Source of the DNA: an uncultured Candidatus Rokubacteria bacterium
GTDB taxonomy: Bacteria > Methylomirabilota > Methylomirabilia > Rokubacteriales > DASRDR01
Reading direction: 5' to 3'
DNA: 64,000 bases
Assembly: GCA_963708025.1 (NCBI GenBank)
Contig: CAVPSB010000016.1
Coordinates: 403,296-467,295, forward strand
The notes below the pieces were generated by a model that did no database searches, had not been told where the DNA came from, and saw only the letters and a list, made by a program, of their open reading frames with translations. Below, piece by piece: positions 9,653 through 19,740 of this stretch. The position numbers and the translations under genes are program-made. Numbering within the stretch: position 1 is the first letter of the stretch; each line of letters starts with the position of its first letter.

Positions 9653-11622
9653 ATGAGACGAGGTGTCAGGCGGGCTGCCTTGTTCGTTGGCATGACGATC
9701 ATCTTCGCGGCTGTCTTGGCTCTTCCGCCGGGACACCATGTGCGGGCCAATGAGCATCACGACTCGAGTGGTCGGAACGATGATCGGGGAAGAGCCAGCG
9801 ACAAGGGCGGGAGGCACCGGCATCATCGGTGCGATCCTCTGCGGGACCAGCACGGCAAGGCGAAGAGGATCGACGGGAGATGTCCGACGGGAGGCAGCAG
9901 CAACGGCATCGCCAAGGGCGACTTCAACGGCGATGGCTTTGCCGATCTCGCCATCGGGGTGCCGGGCGAAGAGACGCCTTCCGGCGTGCCCAGTTCCGGC
10001 GCGGTGATTGTCATCTACGGCTCGGCCAGCGGGCTCACCGCAACCGACCCCAATGTCCCGGCCTCTCAGTTCTGGTCCCAGAACGCGACCGGGGTTCCGG
10101 GGACCTCTGAGGCCGGTGATGGGTTTGGCTCGGCCTTGGCAGCGGGTGACTTCAACGATGACGGATTCTCAGATCTCGCCATCGGGGCGCCTGCTGATGT
10201 GAGCGTTAGAGGCGGTGCGGGGTTTGTAGGGCAAGTGTACGTGATCTACGGCTCCTCGGTTGGACTGACGACCGACAACAGCTTGGGCGTTCCGAGGGCC
10301 CAGCGCTTTTCAATGGGGGAATTGAACACAGGGGGCCTACTGGCCCCCTTCGCGGCTACGACGGAAGACGACGTACCTGGCACCTTCTCCTTCGGCGCCG
10401 CTCTGGCCTGGGGTGATTTCAACGGGGATGGCTTTGGCGACCTCGCGGTGGGTTCGCCGAGGGAAATGGTCAACAATTTTGAAGATTTTCCCACAATGGC
10501 CGGAGCGGTGGGCATCATTTTCGGGAGCAGTACCGGCCTGGAGGTCGCGGGCAGCCAGGTCTTCACCCAGGAAAGTCCCGGCATCCCGGGCAACAGTATT
10601 GGCGGTGACCTCTTCGGGGCAGCCCTGGCCGGAGGAGACTTTGACGGGGACGGTGTCACGGACCTGGCCATCGGGATTCCGTTGAAGAATGTCCCAGGTA
10701 CCGCCACGCAGGGTGGCGGTCTCCTCAACGATGCCGGAGCCGTGCTGGTTCTGTTCGGAAGCAGCGGTGTTGGACTCGTGACCACGCTGAACCGGTTCTT
10801 TGACGAGACGGATCTCTTCGAAGGCGCCGGCTTCGGCGTGGGGGACCGCTCCCAAGCCGGTGCCCGGTTCGGCTCCGCTCTGGCGGCCGGCGACTTCAAT
10901 GGCGATGGTCGGGATGACCTGGCGGCGGCCGCGCCCTTCAAGGCCATCCGGGGTCTTCCTCAGGCCGGTGGGGTGTGGGTGGTCTTTAGGACGGCATCGG
11001 GCACGAACCAGTTCTGGGAGCAGTCACTGATCTTTCCTGGCAGCACCGCAATCAACGAGCGCGACGGGGATGGGAGTCCCACGGAGGCCGGGGATCTCTT
11101 CGGCGCGGCCCTGGCCGCCGGCGACTTCAACGGTGACGGTCGAGACGACCTCGCCATTGGCGCGCCGTTTGAGGACGTGCTCGTGCAGCGCAGCGCCAAC
11201 CGCTTCGAGACCGTCGTAGACGCGGGTGCGGTGACCGTGGTCTATGGCTCGGCCACTGGCCTGTCGATCGCAGGGCGAGCGCCGCAGCTGTGGCATCAAC
11301 AGAGCGTCAACATCGAAGAGGAGGCTGAAGCCGGCGATCGGTTCGGTTCCAGTCTGACCGCCTGGAATTTTGGCAGAAATGAAACTCGCCAGGTCTGTAC
11401 GCCTGATTGCTTTAGAGTGTCAGTCCAAACCGCCGATCTCGCGATCGGGGCGCCGTTCGAGGACGTAGGGAGCGTCGTCAATGCCGGCGCAGTCAACGTC
11501 ATCTATGGCTCCTTTCCGCCAACGGACTGACGTTCTCCAATGACCAGGTCTGGACGCAGAACAGTCCTGGGGTTCCAGGGGCATCCGAGACCAACGACCG
11601 CTTCGGCGGCGCAGTGTATTGA
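9653..11622 (+). CDS. Secreted FG-GAP (integrin-alpha-like beta-propeller) repeat protein, frameshift near 11520
   Basis: Signal peptide; repeated FGxALAxGDFNGDGxxDLAIGAP. The C-terminus continues in another frame ([33 protein letters not shown]). GC is visibly lower. Confidence 0.9.
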
Positions 11623-11889
11623 CACTGGCTCCCCCGGCTCGGCGTCACGGGTGTGCCCGGCCCGCGCCTCACGGATTCTTGACGCTCCGCCCGACGCGGT
11701 TCCCATGCTCGTTGCCGTACACGGCCCGCGCGAGGGGGAACAATGGGAGCCGGACTCGCAGGGCGCACGCCTGATCGCGCGGATGATCGGACCCAGCGTA
11801 GCGGGGCTGGCCGCGCGCCGTCCCGCCCGCGGGGGGGCGCCTGGCCAGGCCGCAGACGCTCGCTCGGCAGCGCACGGGTAGGCCGGGCG

Positions 11890-12084
11890 ATGGAGTCCTT
11901 GCCGCGCACGGCGACCTTCGTCGTCCGAGTCAGCGAGGGGGAGGCCCGGGAGCTGACCGGGACCGTCGAACGAGCGCTGACCGGGGAGCGGCACCCGTTC
12001 CGCGGCGCGGAGGCGCTCGCGAGCCTGATCGCGCAGCTGGCGGGGCGCCCGACGACCGATCCCCCCGCGCGGGGTGGCCACTGA
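11890..12084 (+). CDS. 64-aa hypothetical protein, paralog of 9142-9315
   Basis: [40 protein letters not shown] shares TFVVR...TG.VER...GE...F.G..A...LIA. Confidence 0.65.
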   Translation: MESLPRTATFVVRVSEGEARELTGTVERALTGERHPFRGAEALASLIAQLAGRPTTDPPARGGH

Positions 12085-12215
12085 CGCCCCGTGAGGCTTC
12101 CCGACCCTCGCCAAGCATGGGTCGCTGGCAACTCGGCGGCAGGCCGGCGGGGCTACTCCCGGGCGGACCCGGCCCCGACTCCGGCGTCGGCTCCGGCTCC
12201 AGCTCCGGCCTCGGC

Positions 12216-12477
12216 TCAGGCCATGGACCACCGGCGCTGGAGCGCGCGGAAGATCCCGAGCGTGGGCAGCGTCGCCAGCCACAGGATCGCGGCCAGCCAC
12301 AGGGCGGCGGCCCCGCCGCTCCGATCGATCAGGTAGCCGGCCTAGCCCCGGGACGACACCCATGCACGCGTAGTAGAGCGCGTAGAAGAGGCCGAAGCCC
12401 GTGCTGCGGCTCCGCGGCGGGAGCACCTCGCCGGGCAGCGCCACCACGCCTGCGGCGGGCGCGACCAGGAGACCCAC
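12216..12477 (-). pseudogene. C-terminal fragment of an MFS transporter
   Basis: [31 protein letters not shown]...[17 protein letters not shown] with one frameshift; no 5' half. Confidence 0.65.
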
Positions 12478-12650
12478 GCGGAAGCGGTTGACGATGGGCA
12501 GGCGCCAGTCGCGGCCGAACGCCCGCGGGGTGATCTTCACATCGATCGGCCCCCGGCGGCGCTTGTACTCGTTGACGTCCACCATGCGCACCACGCACGG
12601 TCTCCTCGGCGGAGCCGCGGGCGACCACCAGGGCGTGGAAGAGCGGGTCA
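12478..12650 (-). pseudogene. nadE: 3' fragment of glutamine-dependent NAD+ synthetase
   Basis: [39 protein letters not shown] matches the NadE C-terminal EYKRRQ...RAFGRD.R.PI signature. Confidence 0.8.
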
Positions 12651-12770
12651 CGGCACGTGCCTGACCGCACTCACGAGCTCTTGCCGGGCCCGAGGAAGGT
12701 GGTCAACGTGAAGACCACCCGCGTGTCTCGGAGGACCGGACTGCTGGCTCTTCTCTGCGGGATGGTCGCG

Positions 12771-13115
12771 CTACGGGAAGCGGACCAGCGCCAGCGCCCG
12801 CGCTTCCAGCAGCTCGACCTCGAGACGGACGGGGATCTCGTGCGCCCCGGTGAGCCGGGCGACCCGCTCGGCCGGCAGGAACAGGATGACCTTGGGCGGC
12901 TCCAGCTCCCGGCCCACGGCTTCCGGCCGAAAGCCCTCGGCGACCAGCCGCTCCGCCTCGCCGTCGGGGATCACGTACGCGGCCTCGGCATCGGCGAGGA
13001 TGCGGCGGAGTCGCATCCACACGCCTTTCGCGTGGTGTCGCTGGCGGTACTCCCAGGCCCGCACGGCGACGCGCGATCGCACCTGGCGGACGCGGCGCCG
13101 GAGATCGTCGCTCAC
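12771..13115 (-). CDS. Hypothetical protein (114 aa), coupled to the upstream nucleotidyltransferase-like gene
   Basis: GTGA overlap at 13112-13115, SD GAGGAGG, protein-like composition. Confidence 0.7.
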   Translation of the reverse strand: MSDDLRRRVRQVRSRVAVRAWEYRQRHHAKGVWMRLRRILADAEAAYVIPDGEAERLVAEGFRPEAVGRELEPPKVILFLPAERVARLTGAHEIPVRLEVELLEARALALVRFP

Positions 13116-13828
13116 GGCAGGTCCTCCTCGCCCGTCTCCAGCCGCCGCAGCAACGCGGCGACCCGCGCCCGCTCTCCCCGCGGGTCGGGCATCCCGGGGC
13201 GTGGCGCCATGAGGGAGAGGAGCGTCAGGCTGGAACGGGCGACGTGGCGCAGCTCGGGCCGGAGCCCGCGATAGGTCGTGTCGAGCTCCCGGAGGTCGTC
13301 CGGGCTCGCCGTCATCAACAGGCCCAGCGCCACGAGCAGGTCCCGGTCACCCTTCTCGCCGGTCCGGTCCGTCACGAGCTTCTTCAGGACCAGGCCCGAC
13401 CGGGCGTGTGCAACGGCAGTCGGGCGCCGTCGATCCCGATCAGGTGGCCGGCCTTCACCGAGCGACAGCGGACCGAACGCCTCAGGGGAAGCTGGGGATC
13501 CGCACGGAGGTAGGTGACGCCGGGATGCTCGCCGGGTCCATGGCGACGAAGTTCACCACGAGCAGATCGTCGGCCTCGGGGACGCAGGACCGAGAGCTCC
13601 TCGGCCGAGAGCCGGAACCTCGACAGGACTCCCACGCGGCGCTTCGCCGCCGCATGATGGCTGACGGGAACCGGCGATGTCGACGTCCTGCGACATGACC
13701 AGAGAGGACGCGGCACGCCGGCTGGAGCAGGTTGGGCACCTCGGAGCCGACGATGACGGACGTTGGGCTCCTCGAAGCACCGATCGCCAGCTCTCAGCGT
13801 CGCGAAGAGACGGTCGCGAGAAGGTCAC
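13112..13828 (-). pseudogene. Degraded nucleotidyltransferase-fold (AbiEii/GSU2403-like) gene
   Basis: Stitching frames gives VIVGSEVPNLLQP...SLVMSQDVDIA...VNFVAMDP...GLVLKKLVTDRTGEKGDRDLL, i.e. GS...DxD...K..D. Multiple frameshifts in the 5' two thirds. Confidence 0.6.
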
Positions 13829-14075
13829 CGTTCGACGCCTAGGGAGGACGGCTGCCGAAGTCCAAGGGTCCGGCCCCCGCGGCGTCGGGCCGACGAGGGT
13901 CGGGTCGGCCGTCGGGGCGAGAAACCCGGGTCGGAATCGCACAGTCGCGCGCTGGGCGCAGCACCGACGCCGGCACCAGCCCGCCGAGGCCGGGTACGCG
14001 GCAGCGCGAGGCGCGGAATTGGAGGCCGGCGATTTCTCTTGCGCGGCCCTGAACCTCGGGCGGAGAAGAAAGTCG

Positions 14076-14554
14076 TCAGCGGGCGGCTTCGAGCCGCTGG
14101 AGGCGACCCTCGAGCTCCGCGTACCGCTGGCCGAGCTCGCCGACGCGGTGTTCGAGGGTCTGGATCTTCCGGTCGAGCTCCGCGTACGAGACAGCGCATC
14201 ATCGCGCTGAGCTCGCGCTGCGCGCGCAGGATCTCCTCGCGGAGGTTGGCTTCCAGCCGCGGTGAGCGCGCTCGGAAAGCGCGGTGACGCCTTCGGCAAC
14301 CGAGCCGGATGTCACCACGCAGAGCCTCTGCGACCACGTCGAAATGGCGACGGGTCTCGACGCCGTCGCGTCAACGTGGTGGCGCGTCGTCCACCGCCGT
14401 CGCATCGACGTGGCGGCGCGTCTCCACCGCCGTCGCGTGGACGTGACGCCGCGTCTCGACCGCCCCCGCGTCGGCATAGCGGCGCGTCTCGACCGCGCTC
14501 GTCTCGACCTGACGGAGGATCTCCGTCGAAAGCCGCGACGGAGCTCCCGTCCAT
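14076..14554 (-). CDS. Coiled-coil protein with 11-aa repeats (frameshifted)
   Basis: (AVETRRHVDAT)n followed by RHFDVVAEALRGDIRL and LSYAELDRKIQTLE...RLQRLEAAR* across frames. Confidence 0.6.
14353..14500 (-). repeat. About 4.5 tandem imperfect 33-bp coding repeats
   Basis: GTCTC(G/C)ACCGCCGTCGC...ACGTGGCGGCGC units with no unique spacers. Confidence 0.8.
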
Positions 14555-14651
14555 CGCGCGGCCCATCCTACACGGTCCCAGGCGGCGTGAAAAGGACAGG
14601 GGGTGACTCTGGCGCGACGCGCGCCGAGGGTCGACTGACCGGCTCGCGCCG

Positions 14652-15540
14652 TCAGGCGCTCCGCAGTCGCGGGTCCAGGTAGTCGCGGAGGCTGTCGCCC
14701 ACCACGTTGAAGGCGAGCGTGAGGCTCAGGATGGCCAGGCCGGGGAACGTGGCGATCCACCACTGCTCGAAGTGGTTCCGGCCGGCGGCGATCATCGACC
14801 CCCACTCGGGGATCTCGGGCGGGGGTCCGAGCCCGAGGAAGCTCAGGGAGGCGAAGGTCAGGATCGCCTGGCCCACGTCCAGCGTGCCGATGACGACGAC
14901 CGACGAGATCAGGTTCGGCAGGATGACGCGCGACAGCACCCGCGAGTCGGAGGCGCCCAAGCGAGTAGGCGGCCTGCACGTACTCCCGCTCCCGCACCGA
15001 CAGCACCAGCCCGCGGACCAGCCGCGCGTAGGTCGGCCACCACGCGATCATGATGGCGATCACGGCGTTGCGGATGCCGGCGCCGAGGGCGGCCGTGATC
15101 ACCAGGGCCAGGATCACCGTGGGAAACGCCAGCATCAGGTCGGTCGCCCGCATCATCGTCTCGTCGGCCACGCCGCCGACGAACCCGGCGATGGCCCCGA
15201 CGAGCGTCCCCAGCACCGCCGCCAGGACCACGGCCCCCATGCCGACCGGGATCGAGATGCGCGCGCCGTACAGGATGCGGCTCAGGATGTCGCGCCCCAG
15301 GGCGTCGGTGCCCAGCCAGTGGCCGGCGGTGGGTGGCGCGAGTCGGCCCGCGATGTCCTGCTCCAGCGGCTCGTAGGGCGCCACGGCCGGCGCCGCCGCC
15401 GCCAGCACCAGCCACGCCCCGACGATCGACGCGGCGACGATGGCCAGCGGCGAGCGCCGGAAGGGCGACGGGATCGACCGCACCCAGGCGGCCCCGCGAC
15501 CCACCGGCGCCCGCCCGGACGACTCGAGGGCGACGTCCAT
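14652..15540 (-). CDS. Peptide/nickel ABC permease (DppC-like), frameshift near 14960
   Basis: HWLGTDALGRDILSRILYGAR, EREYVQAA, LPN, LSFLGLG, GDSLRDYLDP. Confidence 0.9.
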
Positions 15541-15547
15541 CGCGCCG

Positions 15548-16573
15548 CTACCCGGCCACCTGGATCCGCGGGTCGATGAAGGCGTACGCCACGTCCACCA
15601 GCAGGTTGACGCCCACGTAGATCGCCGCCACCACCATCCCGACGCCCATGATGGCCGGGAAGTCGAGCGAGGTCGCGCTGCGGAACGCGTAGAGCCCGAG
15701 CCCGGGCCAGGCGAAGACGCTCTCGATGATCACGGCCCCCGAGAGCAGCCGGCCGAAGCCGAGGCCGATGACGGTCACCACCGGGATGAGCGCGTTCCGC
15801 GCGGCGTGCCGCAGCACCACGGTGGTCTCGGCCAGCCCCTTGGCGCGCGCCGTCCGGACGTAGTCCTCGCCGAGCACGTCCAGCGTGCTGCCCCGCATGA
15901 GCCGGGCCAGCACGCCGAGGTTGTACGTCGAGAGGACCAGCGCCGGCAGCATCAGGTGACCCAGGGTGTCGGCGGCGACGTCGGGGCGGCCGGCCAGCAG
16001 CGAATCGATCAGGAGGAAGCCCGTCACCAGCGGCGGCGCCGCGAGCGTCGCGCTCAGGCGGCCGGGCGCCGGCGCCCAGCCGAGGTGGGCGTAGAAGACG
16101 AGCAGCGCCACCAGCCCGAGCCAGAAGATCGGCATCGACACCCCGACCAGCGAGGCGACCCGCGTGAGCTGGTCGAGCACGCTGTCGCGCCGGGCGGCCG
16201 AGAGGAGCCCGAGCGGGATCCCCAGCACGATGCTCAGGACCATGGCCACCAGCGACAGCTCGATCGTCGCCGGGAAGTGCTGGCGGAGGTCGAGCACGAC
16301 CGGCTGGCGCGTGGAGATCGATCGCCCCAGGTCGCCGTGGAGGAGGTTCCAGACGTAGATCGCGTACTGCTCGGGGAGGGGCCGGTCGAGCCCCCACTGC
16401 TGGCGGAAGGCGGCCACCGCCGCCGGGTCGGCGGCGGCCTGCTCGCCGAGGTTGGCGGTGACCGGGTCGGCCGGCACCGCGTGGGACAGGACGAAGCTCA
16501 GGAGGGTGATGCCGAGCAGCATCGGCCCGAGCAGCAGGAGCCGCCGGGCGACGTAGAGCCGCAGTCCGGTCAG
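15548..16573 (-). CDS. Peptide/nickel ABC permease (DppB-like); probable CTG start at 16573 (alternative GTG 16588)
   Basis: GLDRP, GDLGRS, PATIEL, DYVRTARAKG, ESVFAWPGLG, DPRI. Confidence 0.92.
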   Translation of the reverse strand: MTGLRLYVARRLLLLGPMLLGITLLSFVLSHAVPADPVTANLGEQAAADPAAVAAFRQQWGLDRPLPEQYAIYVWNLLHGDLGRSISTRQPVVLDLRQHFPATIELSLVAMVLSIVLGIPLGLLSAARRDSVLDQLTRVASLVGVSMPIFWLGLVALLVFYAHLGWAPAPGRLSATLAAPPLVTGFLLIDSLLAGRPDVAADTLGHLMLPALVLSTYNLGVLARLMRGSTLDVLGEDYVRTARAKGLAETTVVLRHAARNALIPVVTVIGLGFGRLLSGAVIIESVFAWPGLGLYAFRSATSLDFPAIMGVGMVVAAIYVGVNLLVDVAYAFIDPRIQVAG

Positions 16574-16721
16574 GATCGGGACCTCCACGCGCCACTCAAT
16601 CCCCCGACGGCTTTCGGCCCTTGGCTCCGGCCATCCCGTGGGTTCCGCTCGAGACGGCCTTCGGCCTGCTGGCGGGGGGCAGGGGGGTCGCCGAGCCGCG
16701 CGAGGTCACCCGGGGCGTGTC
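16574..16721 (-). repeat. Intergenic palindromic element (REP/MITE-like), copy A
   Basis: Minus strand: C-run...GGCCGAAGGCC...G-run...GGAGGTCCCGATC|CTGA. Same layout as 51265-51412 and shares GGCCGAAGGCCGTC with 53701. Confidence 0.6.
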
Positions 16722-18333
16722 CTACTTGGCTCACGGTCCAGAAATCGACCCCCCACACGCTGTTGAAGGTAACCCCCTTGACGCTCGCGCGGAAGGCGTA
16801 GGGGACCGCCGGCTGGAAGAGCGGCGCGTAGGGGCCGATCTGGGCCAGCCGCTCCTCGAAGCGGCGGTAGAGCCCGGCGCTCTTGCCCGGGTCGACCTCC
16901 GTCTCGGCCGCGTTGGCCATCTCGGCCAGCTCCTTGGCCTCCGGACTCCCCTCCGGCAGCCAGCCGGCCCGCTTCCCGACCGTCCGCCCCGGGCCGTAGA
17001 CCAGGAAGTCGTTGCCGTCCGGGTAGTCGGCCGCCCAGCTCCAGACCCCGAGCTGGTTCTTCCCGTCCCGGTAGAGCTGCAGCGCCGTCGCCCGCGGCAG
17101 CCCGTTCAGCGTGATCCGCATACCGGCCGCGTTGAGGTCGGACTGGACCTTCTGGACCAGCAGGCTCATCTGCACGCCCCAGATGGTCGAGTCGCTGGCG
17201 TAGGTGAGGGTGCCCCGGACCTCCCCGAGGTTCGCTTCCTTCAGGAGGTCCCTGGCCTTGTTCCGATCGGTCCGGACGGCCTGCTTGGGATCCAGCGAGC
17301 CCGGGAACATGGTCGGGATGACGCCGGCCAGCCGCACGGATCCCCCGCCGGCCAGGGTCATGATCCCCTCGTAGTCGAGGGCGTACCGCACCGCCTGCTG
17401 GACCTTGGGGTTCGCGAACGGGCCGCCGACCTGGGGGTCGTTGTTCATCAGGACGTAGAACGTCGTGGCGGCGGGGCTGGTCCGGGCCACCACGCCCGCG
17501 CTGTTCCGCAGCACCCGGATCTGGTCCTGGTCCAGGCCGGTCGCGATGTCGAGATCCCCCCGCTCGAGCTGGAGCTTCTGGGTCGCCGGCTCGGTGATGT
17601 TCCGGATCACGATGCGGTCGAGCTTGGGCGCTCCCCGCCAGTGCTGCGGGTTCTTGACCAGCACCACCTCCTGGTCGGGCACGTACCGCTCCAGGATGTA
17701 GGCGCCGCTCCCCGCCGAGCGGCCGTTCAGGAAGCTCTCCGCCTTGTCCTTGTCCTTGGCGCCGGCACTCGCGTCACCACCCTGCTCGGTGACCAGCTTG
17801 CTGTCGAGCACCCCCAGGCTGGGGCTGGACAGGATCGGCAGGAGCGCCGGGTTCGGCGCTTTCAGCCGGATCACGACGGTGGCCGGATCGGGGGCCCGGA
17901 TCTCTTCCACGGTGCTCAGCAGGAACCCCGGGTTGCTCTTGATGCCCTGGACCCGCTCGAAGGACCACTTGACGTCGGCCGCCGTGAGCGGATTGCCGCT
18001 GGTGAACTTGACGTTCGGCCGCAGCTTGAAGGTGTAGGTCTTCCCGTCCTCGGAGATCTTCCACTCCGTGGCCAGGGACGGCTTCGGGCTGCTCAGATTC
18101 TCGCCGTCGAACGTGACCAGCGAGTCGTAGGCCGCGTGGTTGACCATGTAGCTCGTCGTCTCCACGGTCCGGCCCGGGTCGAGGCTCTTGATGACGAAGT
18201 TCGCGCCGACGACGAGGGTCTTCTCCTGGGCGGCCGCCGGCCGTGCGAGAGGACCGGGGCCGACCGCCAGCAGGGCTCCGACGAGGCTCAGCGCGACGAG
18301 GTGACGGGCCGACGCGATCGTGAAGGTGCTCAT
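16722..18333 (-). CDS. Peptide ABC substrate-binding protein (family 5)
   Basis: Signal peptide, SLDP, PSLATEW, YTFKLR..VKF.SG, GSGAY, VQQAVRYALD. The natural end VSK* is displaced by one extra base near 16730. Confidence 0.92.
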
Positions 18334-18562
18334 CCCCATCTCCTTGGCTGGTCGGTCGGACATCGTGGCACGCACCCGGGTGACTCGGCGCGCCGGCTAC
18401 TATGACAGGATTGCCAAGGCGCGACAAGGCCGGGCGGCGCGTGCCATCTCCGGCCGCTTTCCGTTCGTTCGGGGCCGGCGATGGACCGAAATGGTCCAGC
18501 CCCGCCGGCGTCCCATCCGGGAGAGGGCAATGATGCCGGCGGGTTAGCGTCGCTCCCGGTCC

Positions 18563-18578
18563 TGGTGTCACGGTTGCA
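18563..18578 (+). promoter_or_regulatory. Candidate sigma54 (-24/-12) promoter
   Basis: TGGTGTCACGGTTGCA has the GG-N10-GC spacing and TTGCA; about 60 bp upstream of the MshEN gene. Confidence 0.5.
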
Positions 18579-18617
18579 CCCATCCGCCGTGCGGCGAGCG
18601 CCCGAGGCCCGGCCGCA

Positions 18618-18650
18618 CCATGACGAGCCCATGACGAGCCCATGATGAGC
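18618..18650 (+). repeat. Three tandem 11-bp repeats CCATGA(C/T)GAGC over the start codon
   Basis: Units start at 18618, 18629 and 18640, each containing an ATG. Confidence 0.85.
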
Positions 18651-19698
18651 AAGGACGCCGCGTCACCGAATCAGGGAGCCCCCGGCTCCGAGCCCTCCGA
18701 CGCCGCGGTGCTGGCGATGCTGCAGCGGATCGCGGCGCGGCACGGGCCGACCGCCGCCGGCCGGAGGGCCCAGCCGGCCGCCCCCGGCCCACCAGCGCCG
18801 TCGATCGCCGCCCCGGCGTCCGGCAAGCCCGCGAGCGAGAGCCGAGAGCCCTCCCTCCGGCGGCGCCGCCTGGGAGAGATCCTGCTCGACGAAGGGCTCG
18901 TCACCAAGGAGCAGCTCGAGGCGGCGCTGCGGCTCCAGGCGGAGGAGCGCCCCGGTGTTCCGGTCGGCCAGCTCCTGGTCTATCAGGGCGCCATCACCCA
19001 GCGCCAGCTCGGCGCCATCCTCGACAAGTATCGCCTGGGGAACTTCCTGGTCGAGACGAACGTCATCTCCGAGCAGCAGCTCGAGACTGCGCTGCAGCGG
19101 CAGAAGCGGACGAACCACCCGCTCGGCAACGTGCTCGTTCAGCTCGGGTTCCTCACCGAGCCGCAGCTCCGCCAGGCCCTCGCGACGCAGCTCGGGATCG
19201 CCTTCGTCGACCTCGACCGGATGACGCTCGATCCAGGGCTCGCCCAGGTGATCGACCGCGACTATGCCCGGCGTCACCGGGTGGTCCCGATCCGTCGCAC
19301 GGCCGATCGCGTCACGATCGCCATGGACGATCCCGCCGACTACTCGGTCATCGGGGCGCTGTGGGTCTCCGCGGCGTGCAAGATCGACGTCGTCACCGCC
19401 ACCGGCGCCGCCCTCCGGCGAGCCTTCGGCCGCGTCTACGGGGATCGCCCCGCCCGCGCCCCCGGTGGCGCCCGACGACCCGGCGATGCGCGAGCTCCGG
19501 GAGCGGCACACCGAGACGGTGCGACGGCTGACCGCGCTCCGAGCCGCGTCGGAGCGGGTTCGCCACGATCTCGACGTCGGCGCCCGCCTCCTGCAGGGGA
19601 TCGAGCGACCCTCCGGGGAGCCGACGGCGCCGCCGGCCGGACCGCCTCCGGCCTCCGCCCCCGGCACTCGCCCCGGCGACAGATCCCCCCAGCCCTGA
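18642..19698 (+). CDS. ATPase-less tandem MshEN (GSPII_N) protein with C-terminal coiled coil; frameshift near 19455
   Basis: RLGEILLDEGLVTKEQLEAALRLQ, RLGNFLVETNVISEQQLETALQRQ, PLGNVLVQLGFL; VVPI...IAMDDP; no Walker A. Confidence 0.85.
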
Positions 19699-19740
19699 CA
19701 ATCGGCCGTGGGCGGCCGTGGGGGTTGGTAAGATGACCCC

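Noticed and set aside
12170-12215. CTCCGG-like hexamer run
   Set aside because: Short, degenerate, low-complexity GC sequence with no evident function.
14353-14500. 33-bp repeats as a CRISPR array
   Set aside because: Units are contiguous with no spacers, vary like codons, and no cas genes are present.
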